A DNA stretch of 45,080 bases from Chlamydiales bacterium (GTDB taxonomy: Bacteria; Chlamydiota; Chlamydiia; Chlamydiales; SM23-39): contig DATIIR010000116.1 in assembly GCA_035479435.1 (NCBI GenBank), positions 1-45,080 of the forward strand, read 5' to 3'. Both the position numbers and the translations under genes were made by a program. Below, piece after piece: positions 8,870 through 17,099 of this stretch (position 1 is its first letter; each line of letters begins with the position of its first letter). The notes under the pieces are model-generated. The model made no database searches. It was not told the origin of the DNA and saw only the letters and a list, made by a program, of their open reading frames with translations.

Positions 8870-8931
8870 CTTCTTCGTTGACAAAGTGCCCGCTCTTCTG
8901 ACAATATTTGTCCACCAAACGGGAGTGCAGT

Positions 8932-11022
8932 ATGAACGTGCGTTTGGAAACAGTTCGCAATATCGGCAAGAGGACAAGACATCTCCACGAACAGGTTAAA
9001 CACTCAGTTCAGTTTGCCGCGCGTGTGTTCCACCGCGGCCTCATCCAAGAATTGCCCAAAAACGCCGCCCTCAATTGGCTCGATGTCATCGATGGCAAAG
9101 CGAAATTCAACACCGAATACGCCGACTGTATCGCCGATGCGTTGAAAGATTGGGCCATCAAACATGGCGCCACACACTACACTCACTGGTTTCAGCCGCT
9201 CACTCACATCGCCGCTGAAAAACACGACGCCTTCTTAAGCCTAGGTCCCCACGGCACCGTTTTAGAAAAATTCCGCGGCAAAGAGCTCCTTCGCGGCGAG
9301 CCAGACGCCTCCTCGTTTCCCTCCGGAGGGTTGCGCTCCACCCACGAAGCGCGCGGCTACACCGCCTGGGATCCTACCGTCTACCCATTTTTGTGGGAAG
9401 GGGGCGACGGCGCCACGCTCTGCATTCCGTCTCTCTTTTTCTCTTGGAAAGGTTCTGCCCTCGATCACAAAATCCCCCTCCTCCGCTCTGAGGAAAAACT
9501 CAATGTTGTCGCGATGAAGCTGCTAAAACTGTGCGGCGTACAGGCCGATCGGGTCTATTCCACCCTCGGAGTGGAGCAGGAGTACTTTGCCATCGATCGG
9601 AGCCTCTATTTGCTCAGGCCAGATCTCTATCTCGCCGGTCGCACCGTCTTTGGCGCCAAACCTCCCAAAGGGCAAGAACTCGAAGACCACTACTTCGGCA
9701 CAGTCAAAGAGAGAATTTTGGCCTACATGCGCGATTTTGAAGATGCGGCGCTTCGCCTTGCGATCCCGGTCAAAACGCGCCACAACGAAGTGGCCCCCGC
9801 GCAGCATGAAGTGGCCCCCATTTTTGAAAGGGCGACCCTTGCAATCGACCACAACATCCAGCTCATGGAGCTGATGCGCCAAATCGCCCTCAAGCACGAC
9901 CTCGCCTGCCTCCTCCACGAGAAGCCCTTCATGGGAGTCAACGGCTCCGGCAAACACAACAACTGGTCGCTCGCCACCGATACGGGACTCAACCTCCTCG
10001 ACCCGCAGGAGAACAGCCTCGTCTTTATCGCGATGCTCACCGCCGTTTTGCGCGCCGTCCACGAGCACGCCGCCCTCTTGCGCGCGAGCATCGCCTCAGC
10101 GGGCAACGATCACCGCCTCGGCGGCTCAGAAGCGCCCCCCACGATCCTCTCCGTCTACCTCGGCGAAGCCCTCGAGAACTTTGTCGAAGGGCTCATCCAC
10201 GGCAAAAAGAACGCGATCCAGCTCAAGAGCATCGATCTCGGACTCATGGCCATCCCGCGCCATGAAGCCGATGCATCGGACCGGAACCGCACCTCATTTT
10301 TCGCCTTCACGGGCAATAAGTTTGAGTTTCGCGCCGTCGGCTCGTCGGCCCACTGCGCGCTCCCCATCTCCATCATCAATGCCATCGTCGCCGACAGCCT
10401 CCAACTCATTCTCGACGAGATCAACGACGTTCTCAAAGACCGGAAACTCACTGGCGACGCGCTCCTGAATGCAGCCATGCCCGTTCTCCGCAAACACCTC
10501 AAAGCTGCCGAGCCCGTCCTCTTCGGCGGCGATAACTACTCTGCCGCCTGGGAAGAGGAGGCAGCAAAACGGGGTCTCCCCAATATCCGCCGCAGCTTCC
10601 ACGCCTTTGCCGAGTTCCTCGATAAGAAAACAACCCGCCTTTTTCAGGGTATCCTCACCGAAGAGGAGCTCCACAGCCGCTATGAAATCATGGTCGAGCA
10701 GTATGCCAAGGCGATGAATATCGAAGTGAATCTCATGGTCGAACTCTTCCAAACGCAAATTCTCCCTGCCGCGCAGAAAGATATGCACCAGAGAGGTCTC
10801 AAAGAGCCCCTCATCGACCAATCGATCGCCCTCTGCGAGGAGCTGAAAAAACTCCAATCGCAAACCTTCGATCTCGGATGGGAAGCCAAAGCCAAAGTAT
10901 TCTGCGAGCTCATTGCCCCCAAAATGGCCGAGCTTAGGAAAAAGGTCGATCAACTCGAAATGGTCGTCGACAACGCGCTCTGGCCGCTGCCTAAATACAG
11001 GGAGCTCTTGTTCCTGATATGA
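8932..11022 (+). CDS. glnN: Glutamine synthetase, type III
   Basis: About 696 aa from the ATG at 8932 (GGGAG 6 nt upstream; the ORF-track TTG is at 8908). GS catalytic motifs HNEVAPAQHE and NGSGKHNNWS. Size and N-terminal domain are typical of GSIII. Confidence 0.9.
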   Translation: MNVRLETVRNIGKRTRHLHEQVKHSVQFAARVFHRGLIQELPKNAALNWLDVIDGKAKFNTEYADCIADALKDWAIKHGATHYTHWFQPLTHIAAEKHDAFLSLGPHGTVLEKFRGKELLRGEPDASSFPSGGLRSTHEARGYTAWDPTVYPFLWEGGDGATLCIPSLFFSWKGSALDHKIPLLRSEEKLNVVAMKLLKLCGVQADRVYSTLGVEQEYFAIDRSLYLLRPDLYLAGRTVFGAKPPKGQELEDHYFGTVKERILAYMRDFEDAALRLAIPVKTRHNEVAPAQHEVAPIFERATLAIDHNIQLMELMRQIALKHDLACLLHEKPFMGVNGSGKHNNWSLATDTGLNLLDPQENSLVFIAMLTAVLRAVHEHAALLRASIASAGNDHRLGGSEAPPTILSVYLGEALENFVEGLIHGKKNAIQLKSIDLGLMAIPRHEADASDRNRTSFFAFTGNKFEFRAVGSSAHCALPISIINAIVADSLQLILDEINDVLKDRKLTGDALLNAAMPVLRKHLKAAEPVLFGGDNYSAAWEEEAAKRGLPNIRRSFHAFAEFLDKKTTRLFQGILTEEELHSRYEIMVEQYAKAMNIEVNLMVELFQTQILPAAQKDMHQRGLKEPLIDQSIALCEELKKLQSQTFDLGWEAKAKVFCELIAPKMAELRKKVDQLEMVVDNALWPLPKYRELLFLI

Positions 11023-11516
11023 TTGGATTTTTTGGCGGCACATTTGATCCCATCCACTTTGGCCACATTGCGCTCGCGATCGATCTTCTCGAATTGCACA
11101 AGCTCAAGAAGGTCCTCTTTTGTCCCGCCCTCTATTCTCCCTTCAAGACCCAATCGCCGCCCATTGCCTCGCCCGCCCATCGCCTCGCCATGCTCAAACT
11201 CGCCCTCGACCACCCCCAGTTTGAGATCACCACCCTTGAGCTCGACCGGGCAGGCCCCTCCTACACCATCGACACCATCCGCGCCCTCAAGCTCCCCAAC
11301 CTCCGCCTCATCCTCTCCGAAGAGGCCGCCGCCCACCTCGACCGGTGGAAGGAGACGCAAGAGCTCATCCGCCTAGCGCCCCCCCTCATCGGCCCCCGCG
11401 ACAACGCCATCTCCTCCACCGCCATCCGCGAGCGCCTCAAAAAAAACCTTTACTGCAAACACCTCATCCCCGCCCCAGTCCTCAAATACATCCAAGACCA
11501 CAAACTCTATCAATAG
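11019..11516 (+). CDS. nadD: Nicotinate-nucleotide adenylyltransferase
   Basis: GGTFDPIHFGH (the (H/T)xGH motif) and a C-terminal ISSTAIRERL motif. Compact at 165 aa. ATGA overlap with glnN. Confidence 0.85.
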   Translation: MIGFFGGTFDPIHFGHIALAIDLLELHKLKKVLFCPALYSPFKTQSPPIASPAHRLAMLKLALDHPQFEITTLELDRAGPSYTIDTIRALKLPNLRLILSEEAAAHLDRWKETQELIRLAPPLIGPRDNAISSTAIRERLKKNLYCKHLIPAPVLKYIQDHKLYQ

Positions 11517-11549
11517 CCTCTATATACACAAACAACTTCAAGAACTAAA

Positions 11550-11577
11550 TTGACTTTAAATTCGGAAATTCTATATA
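11550..11577 (+). promoter_or_regulatory. Putative sigma70-type promoter (TTGACT-16 nt-TATATA)
   Basis: The hexamers were read directly, in an AT-rich spacer 37 nt upstream of the ATG at 11614. Confidence 0.4.
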
Positions 11578-11613
11578 GTGCTGCGTCGCTAACTACAATG
11601 TTATGGAGATAAT

Positions 11614-11928
11614 ATGGCAATACCACCCATTAACCACGGAGACGCATTGAGCAGAGCCTTGATGGAAAGCGCTCCACCAGCCGATACAGTCGATCCCTTG
11701 GAAGGACCTCAATCACCCGGTCCCGTGCAAAGCGCTTCACCAGCCGATACAGTCGATCCCTTGGAAAGACCTCAATCACCCGATTCCGTGCAAAGGGATC
11801 CACCAGCTGTTATATCGAGCAAACCAGCTCCAGAGTCAGAGCGAGTAAAGCAGACTATGGCAGATATAGGGCGGGTGCTGAAAATCTACAACTCCATGTT
11901 GGCGGAGAGAAAGGCCTCTAACAAATAA
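11614..11928 (+). CDS. Pro-rich, probably disordered small protein with an internal 21-aa tandem repeat
   Basis: 104 aa. GGAG lies upstream of the ATG. Contains the repeat S-A-(P/S)-P-A-D-T-V-D-P-L-E-(G/R)-P-Q-S-P-(G/D)-(P/S)-V-Q twice. Confidence 0.6.
   Translation: MAIPPINHGDALSRALMESAPPADTVDPLEGPQSPGPVQSASPADTVDPLERPQSPDSVQRDPPAVISSKPAPESERVKQTMADIGRVLKIYNSMLAERKASNK
11668..11793 (+). repeat. Two copies of a 63-nt in-frame tandem repeat
   Basis: 11668-11730 and 11731-11793 align base by base with a handful of substitutions. Confidence 0.9.
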
Positions 11929-11937
11929 TTTTTTTTG

Positions 11938-11982
11938 TTGCTAACAGGCTTATCGTGTGAAAGATCTGGACTCCTGATGGCG
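11938..11982 (+). repeat. 45-nt repeat, copy 1 (identical to 13651-13695)
   Basis: TTGCTAACAGGCTTATCGTGTGAAAGATCTGGACTCCTGATGGCG was read at both sites, 45/45 identical. Similarity extends back through the stop codons with small indels in a T-run. Confidence 0.9.
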
Positions 11983-12118
11983 TTGTTGCATAAATCGAAT
12001 TAACCACCGAGCACACCGAGAGCACCGAGGAGAAATTTAGGTCCTTTTTTCTCTTCTCGGTGATTTCGGTGATCTCGGTGGTTATTGAACCGTCTAACAG
12101 CGAAGAATTATGCAACAA
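11983..12118. mobile_element. TIR-bounded palindromic element A (MITE-like, non-coding)
   Basis: The ends TTGTTGCATAA (11983-11993) and TTATGCAACAA (12108-12118) are perfect inverted repeats. The interior hairpin (12002-12083) has CACCGAG three times at 9-nt spacing in one arm and CTCGGTG three times in the other. Confidence 0.6.
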
Positions 12119-12192
12119 GGCCTCGCAGAATCTTGCTTTTTTATCCCGGTATATAAACCGATGGTAACGGAGCTGTAATAGTATATAATATA

Positions 12193-12222
12193 TTGATATG
12201 TAGTTGCTGTTTGGTGTATAAT
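12193..12222 (+). promoter_or_regulatory. Putative sigma70-type promoter (TTGATA-18 nt-TATAAT)
   Basis: The hexamers were read directly in a very AT-rich spacer upstream of the ATG at 12271. Confidence 0.4.
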
Positions 12223-12270
12223 ACCTGTTTTAATTAACGTTTAAATTAACATAATTAATAACGGGATAAT

Positions 12271-13641
12271 ATGCATCCAGTCTCAGCCAGTTCCCCATTT
12301 AGACCTCAAGCGCAACCGCGGTGGATCAAAGCGGGCGCTATTGCCTGTGCCGCTCTCATTGCAAGCACTGGCCTCGGCGCCTCTGCGCAGCCAGTTGAGT
12401 ATCGGATGGGGGGCCCACGCGAGCTCATTCCGTTCAATCGCACGCGCGAAAGGCTCCAGTGTCCCATTGAAAATGCCGATGCATGCATGCGCTTTGGCAA
12501 TCTCGATCGAGTAGCAGAAGAGGAAATCCTAGATCAAACCCTAGATCAATTGAGGGAGCTGGATTCAGAAGACTTCTTATCATATATCGAAGAGAATAGT
12601 GACTATTTTAGTAATTCGTTAAAAATTAGAATTATTGAGCAGGTTTTGCTGAGGAAGCCTAATGTCGTGAGCGCCGTAATCAAAAGGTTGACACCCATAA
12701 TTATTGAAGATCGGTCTTCTACGTGGGCGCTTAGACATATGGCGAGAATTCACGGCATCAAGCTGATCAGAGAACTCGAGTTTAGCGATCAGGATTCAAT
12801 ACCTGGAGTGCGCGATTGTTTCCGTAAAGAATATACTCTCTCCGATCTAGACCATTTAGACCCTTCCTCCATGGTCGCGCAAAATGATTGTCGGACAGTT
12901 GTTCTCGAACCAGGCGGACGAGTACTTTCGATCCCTGGTATTGTGGCGGGGGATGCGTTTAGAAAAATAACAGGCAGAAGGCATTCTCATCCTTCTTTTA
13001 CCATTTATCTGGGGGATGAGCATGCGCATATCCATTTTGCGGACGGGCTGCATATGGGTTTTTATCCCTCCAGCTATCCGCCTTCATTCTTCGGTACTAC
13101 TTCTAAGTGCGTAGTGAGGAGCGATTTGAGTAGGAAGTTCAACGCGGACCTGAAGAATCATCTGCGGTTGAATGTCTATGCATCGGAGGAGCAGGTGAGA
13201 GCGATGAAGGAATACGTCCAAAAATCGGAAGCCGATTGTGATTCTGACTCTATGAAGTATGGTCTACTCCGGAGCAATTGCATCGATTGGGTCCAAAGTG
13301 TTATGGAAGCTTCAAAGACCAAGGCTGATTTTCGCAATGCTTTTCTCCGGAGACAGCTCCATAGTCGCGATGGAGCAGCACCCTTCTATTCAGTGTTGCG
13401 ATCGTCGGGTCCAGAGAGGAGTTTTTCCGATTGGACTGCGGACAGTTGGTCAGAAATGGGTGTGGAAGCGATCACTCCCAGGGTCATCGCTGGTGTTGCG
13501 GCATCGACCGTTATCGGGATGGTAGTAGCGACCTGGAAGACCTGTAAGCTGGGCTGTCGAGCCCTCCGGGCGGTGGGTCGGGGAGTCGGGCCTGCACTGG
13601 GCAGCATCCGTAGTCTTTGCGGCAAACGCCCAATCAAATAA
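12271..13641 (+). CDS. Hypothetical protein with an N-terminal signal-like segment, a candidate permuted-papain (PPPDE/DeSI- or LRAT-like) His...Cys domain and a C-terminal TM anchor
   Basis: 456 aa. The His cluster HAHIHFADGLHMGFYP (aa 251-266) is followed about 80 aa later by YGLLRSNCIDWV (Cys337). This resembles the H ... Y-x-L-x-x-x-N-C-x-x-F signature of permuted papain-fold enzymes. C-terminal TM VIAGVAASTVIGMVVATW. Confidence 0.6.
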   Translation: MHPVSASSPFRPQAQPRWIKAGAIACAALIASTGLGASAQPVEYRMGGPRELIPFNRTRERLQCPIENADACMRFGNLDRVAEEEILDQTLDQLRELDSEDFLSYIEENSDYFSNSLKIRIIEQVLLRKPNVVSAVIKRLTPIIIEDRSSTWALRHMARIHGIKLIRELEFSDQDSIPGVRDCFRKEYTLSDLDHLDPSSMVAQNDCRTVVLEPGGRVLSIPGIVAGDAFRKITGRRHSHPSFTIYLGDEHAHIHFADGLHMGFYPSSYPPSFFGTTSKCVVRSDLSRKFNADLKNHLRLNVYASEEQVRAMKEYVQKSEADCDSDSMKYGLLRSNCIDWVQSVMEASKTKADFRNAFLRRQLHSRDGAAPFYSVLRSSGPERSFSDWTADSWSEMGVEAITPRVIAGVAASTVIGMVVATWKTCKLGCRALRAVGRGVGPALGSIRSLCGKRPIK

Positions 13642-13650
13642 ATTTTTTGG

Positions 13651-13695
13651 TTGCTAACAGGCTTATCGTGTGAAAGATCTGGACTCCTGATGGCG
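13651..13695 (+). repeat. 45-nt repeat, copy 2 (identical to 11938-11982)
   Basis: Direct comparison gives 45/45 identity. It lies 10 nt downstream of the stop codon at 13641. Confidence 0.9.
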
Positions 13696-13762
13696 GTTGG
13701 ACTATACTCATGTTGAAAATTTCGCTTTTGAAAAATTTGCCCAAGTTTTTATTTTGCTGATT

Positions 13763-14137
13763 ATGAATAGAACCCCTTTAGAGACCCTTAACGCGATCGC
13801 CCAAGTCATCTATGACAAAAAGGGGTTCAACATCCTCGCACTCGATGTGCGCGGTCTTTCTAGCATCACAGATTTTCTTCTCATCGCTGAAGGGAATGTC
13901 GATCGACATGTCTCCTCCATCGGTCGAGCCATCGTCGATGTGCTCAAAGAGAGGGGAGATAATCCTGTCCACGTCGAAGGACTTGTGACAGGGGATTGGG
14001 CTGTTTTGGACTACTCCAATATCGTAGTTCATATCTTTAGCCCCGGCCTACGCGAGAGATATTCTTTAGAGCGTCTTTGGAACGAGAGCAAGATCGTTGA
14101 TCTTGAAATCGACGTCTCCAAACCCGCAATTGGGTAG
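13763..14137 (+). CDS. rsfS: Ribosome silencing factor RsfS (iojap-like)
   Basis: About 124 aa from the ATG at 13763. Family-typical KKGFNILALDV ... SSITDFLLIAEGNVDRHV ... WAVLDYSNIVVHIF. Confidence 0.88.
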   Translation: MNRTPLETLNAIAQVIYDKKGFNILALDVRGLSSITDFLLIAEGNVDRHVSSIGRAIVDVLKERGDNPVHVEGLVTGDWAVLDYSNIVVHIFSPGLRERYSLERLWNESKIVDLEIDVSKPAIG

Positions 14138-14164
14138 GCTAACCCCCAACAAATTGAGAAGAAA

Positions 14165-15352
14165 ATGACTTTTACACTTTTGCACGAAAAAATTCAGAAA
14201 GCAATTAACGATTTAGGGCACACAACGCCCACACCTATCCAGGAAAAAGCAATCCCCAAAGTGTTGGAAGGGTGCGATTTGCAAGCCTCCGCTCAAACAG
14301 GGACTGGCAAAACCGCCGCCTTCATTCTGCCAGCATTGAACATGCTGATGCAGCCGACCACGGGAAGGGGACCTAGAGTTTTGATCTTGGTGCCCACAAG
14401 AGAGTTGGCGATGCAGGTAGCCAATGAGGCCGCTAAGTACAGCAAGCATTTGCCCAACATCAAGACGGTATGTATCTATGGCGGAACGCCCTATCCTCTG
14501 CAGAACAGACAGCTCTCTAAACCATACGATATTCTGGTAGCTACGCCAGGTAGATTGATCGACCACCTGGAACGGGGCCGCATCCATCTTTCGCGCATCC
14601 AAATGCTCATCCTCGACGAGGCTGACCGGATGCTCGACATGGGATTCGTGGAGCCTGTAGAGCATATTGCCTCTCTGACAGCTAAGACGCGCCAGACGCT
14701 CCTGTTCTCAGCGACATTGAAGGGCAACGTTTTAAATCTATCCCGCCGCCTATTGAAAGATCCGCTGGAGATCCGCATTGAACCGAGCACGGAGCAGCAG
14801 GAAAACATCGAGCAGCAGATCCACACCGTCGACAACATCGACCACAAGTACCGTTTGCTTCACCATCTCCTCAACGATCAGAACTTAACTCAGGTTCTAG
14901 TCTTCACGGCGACCAAGCACCAAGCTGACCAGCTGGCCGATAAACTCTCGGTCGATGGCCATCCAGCGGGCGCATTGCACGGCGACATGAACCAGAGACA
15001 AAGGACCCGCACTGTAGCGCAACTGCGCAAAGGGGAGCTCAGAATTCTCGTCGCGACCGATGTGGCCGCCCGGGGGATCGATATCCCCACCATCAGCCAC
15101 GTAATCAACTTCGACCTCCCCATGAGCGAAGAGGACTATGTCCACCGGATTGGGCGAACAGGCAGGGCAGGGGCCACCGGTACGGCGATCTCTTTTGCGG
15201 CCCATCGGGACATCCGCCTCGTCCGGGAAATTGAAAAATTTACCGGTAAGAAGATGACTCCGACGGCCATTCCTGGAATGGAGCCGAAATTTAAGCCGCA
15301 AATTAAGCCCCATAAGAAAAGTTGGGGCCCTCCAAGGCGCAGATTTCGGTAG
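14165..15352 (+). CDS. DEAD-box ATP-dependent RNA helicase
   Basis: Q motif TPTPIQ, motif I AQTGTGKT, DEAD, SAT and HRIGRTGRAG are all present in order. Confidence 0.93.
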   Translation: MTFTLLHEKIQKAINDLGHTTPTPIQEKAIPKVLEGCDLQASAQTGTGKTAAFILPALNMLMQPTTGRGPRVLILVPTRELAMQVANEAAKYSKHLPNIKTVCIYGGTPYPLQNRQLSKPYDILVATPGRLIDHLERGRIHLSRIQMLILDEADRMLDMGFVEPVEHIASLTAKTRQTLLFSATLKGNVLNLSRRLLKDPLEIRIEPSTEQQENIEQQIHTVDNIDHKYRLLHHLLNDQNLTQVLVFTATKHQADQLADKLSVDGHPAGALHGDMNQRQRTRTVAQLRKGELRILVATDVAARGIDIPTISHVINFDLPMSEEDYVHRIGRTGRAGATGTAISFAAHRDIRLVREIEKFTGKKMTPTAIPGMEPKFKPQIKPHKKSWGPPRRRFR

Positions 15353-15410
15353 CCCAGCTCTCCCTTTTTTGGTATGATACCTGTACTGAAAAGAAAAATT
15401 TAGGTTTGGC

Positions 15411-16667
15411 ATGTCTAGAAAACGGATTGTTGTAACTGGGATGGGGATCGTCTCCTGTTTTGGAAACGATGTGGACCATTTCTATGAGGAGTTGCTTGCG
15501 GGGAAAAGCGGCATTGTTCCCATCGAGGGGTTCCCTTGCGCCGATTATCCGACCCGCTTTGCCGGTGCGGTCCGCGCGTTCGATGTAGGCAACTACATGG
15601 ACAAGAAGCAGACGCGGCGCGTCGACCCATTCATCCGCTACACCATGGTCGCTGGCAAGAAGGCCCTCGAGGGGGCCCGCCTCGACGCCGAGGCTCTCGC
15701 TAAACTCGACAAAAAGCGGTGCGGGATCATCATCGGCTCAGGGATGGGCGGCATGGGCATTTTCTACGACGGCGTCGAGACGATTCTCACCAAGAGCTTC
15801 AAGCGGCTCACCCCCTTTTTCGTCCCTTATATCCTCACCAATATGGCCGGAGGATTGCTCGCCATTGACCTGGGCTTCATGGGGCCTAACTTTTCGATCT
15901 CGACGGCGTGTGCGACCTCCAACTTTTGCATTCACGCGGCGGCCGAACAGATTCAGAGCGGCAGAGCCGACCTGATGCTCTGCGGCGGCGCCGAGGCGCC
16001 CATCACTCCGATCGGACTGGCCGGCTTCGTCGCTATGGGCGCCCTGTCGACCCAGAATGAAAACCCCGCCAAGGCATCGCGCCCTTGGGACCAGGGAAGA
16101 GATGGCTTCGTGATGGGGGAGGGGGCAGGCGTCCTCGTCCTCGAGTCGCTGGAGCATGCCCTTGCCCGCGGCGCACCCATCTATGCAGAATACTTAGGCG
16201 GTTCGGTCAACTGTGACGCCTACCACATGACCAATCCCCGCGAAGACGGGGAAGGGGTCGGCTCTTGCATAGAAGAGGCGATCGCCTCTTCAGGCATTGC
16301 CAAAGAGGACATTAACTACATCAATGCGCACGCCACCTCGACGCTCGCTGGAGACCTCTGTGAAATCGAGGCGATCCGGAAAGTCTTTGGCCCGCATGCG
16401 AAAAACATCAAGATCAACGCGACTAAATCGATGATTGGCCACTGTCTTGGCGCTGCCGGTGGGATCGAAGCCATTGTCACCATCAAGGCGATCCAGACTG
16501 GAATGATCCACCCCACCATCAACCTCGACAATCCAGAGCCAGCGCTCCAAGATCTCGATGTTCCCAATGTGGCCAAACCGCATCAGGTGCAAGTGGCTCT
16601 TTCGAATTCCTTTGGATTCGGGGGTCACAATTCGACGCTTGTCTTTGCCCCTTACAGGAGCCTGTGA
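15411..16667 (+). CDS. fabF: 3-oxoacyl-ACP synthase II
   Basis: Active-site Cys context STACATS, plus HATST, GHCLGAAG and NSFGFGGHN. 418 aa. TGgTATGAT extended -10 at 15370-15378. Confidence 0.95.
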   Translation: MSRKRIVVTGMGIVSCFGNDVDHFYEELLAGKSGIVPIEGFPCADYPTRFAGAVRAFDVGNYMDKKQTRRVDPFIRYTMVAGKKALEGARLDAEALAKLDKKRCGIIIGSGMGGMGIFYDGVETILTKSFKRLTPFFVPYILTNMAGGLLAIDLGFMGPNFSISTACATSNFCIHAAAEQIQSGRADLMLCGGAEAPITPIGLAGFVAMGALSTQNENPAKASRPWDQGRDGFVMGEGAGVLVLESLEHALARGAPIYAEYLGGSVNCDAYHMTNPREDGEGVGSCIEEAIASSGIAKEDINYINAHATSTLAGDLCEIEAIRKVFGPHAKNIKINATKSMIGHCLGAAGGIEAIVTIKAIQTGMIHPTINLDNPEPALQDLDVPNVAKPHQVQVALSNSFGFGGHNSTLVFAPYRSL

Positions 16668-17086
16668 AAAAGCGAGAAGAATCCTTTGGTGTTATTCCCC
16701 TTTCGAAGGCGAGCGGCCGTTGGGAGGTCTTTCTCATTCAGCACCATCGGGGAGGCTATTGGGGTTTTCCCAAAGGGCACGCCGAGCCGAATGAGACGCC
16801 TCAGCAAGCGGCCTTCCGTGAACTGAAAGAGGAGACCAATCTCGAGCCTATCCACTTGCTGCAGGAGGAGCCTTTTACGGAGCAGTACAACTTCATGCTC
16901 GAAGGGCGCCGCATCTACAAGACCGTCTGCTATTACATCGCCGAAGTCAGCGGAGAGATCGCCCTGCAAAAGAAAGAGATCCACGACGGCAAATGGGCCC
17001 CTTTTCCCGATGCCCTCAGCCAAGTCACTCATCAAGAGGGACGGGCTATTCTCGCTCAAGTTGAAAAAATGCTCCCTAAGCTTTAA
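16664..17086 (+). CDS. Nudix hydrolase
   Basis: Complete Nudix box GHAEPNETPQQAAFRELKEETNL. The GTG start overlaps the fabF stop. Confidence 0.85.
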   Translation: MKKREESFGVIPLSKASGRWEVFLIQHHRGGYWGFPKGHAEPNETPQQAAFRELKEETNLEPIHLLQEEPFTEQYNFMLEGRRIYKTVCYYIAEVSGEIALQKKEIHDGKWAPFPDALSQVTHQEGRAILAQVEKMLPKL

Positions 17087-17099
17087 CAAGGAGACCTCC

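Noticed and set aside
11918-12118. Short ORFs across the hairpin elements: 11918-12118 (minus), 8730-8969 and 8747-8977 (minus), 33526-33762 (minus), and 33598-33786 and 33686-33934 (plus).
   Set aside because: Their peptides are direct translations of the repeated words (for example SVVSISVV and ETQRRRGK). They run through palindromes on both strands and have no start context.
8742-12118. Whether the repeated hairpins represent a CRISPR array or another regularly spaced repeat locus.
   Set aside because: There is no array of identical direct repeats with unique spacers. Each hairpin is a single inverted structure at a separate locus, and no cas genes are present.
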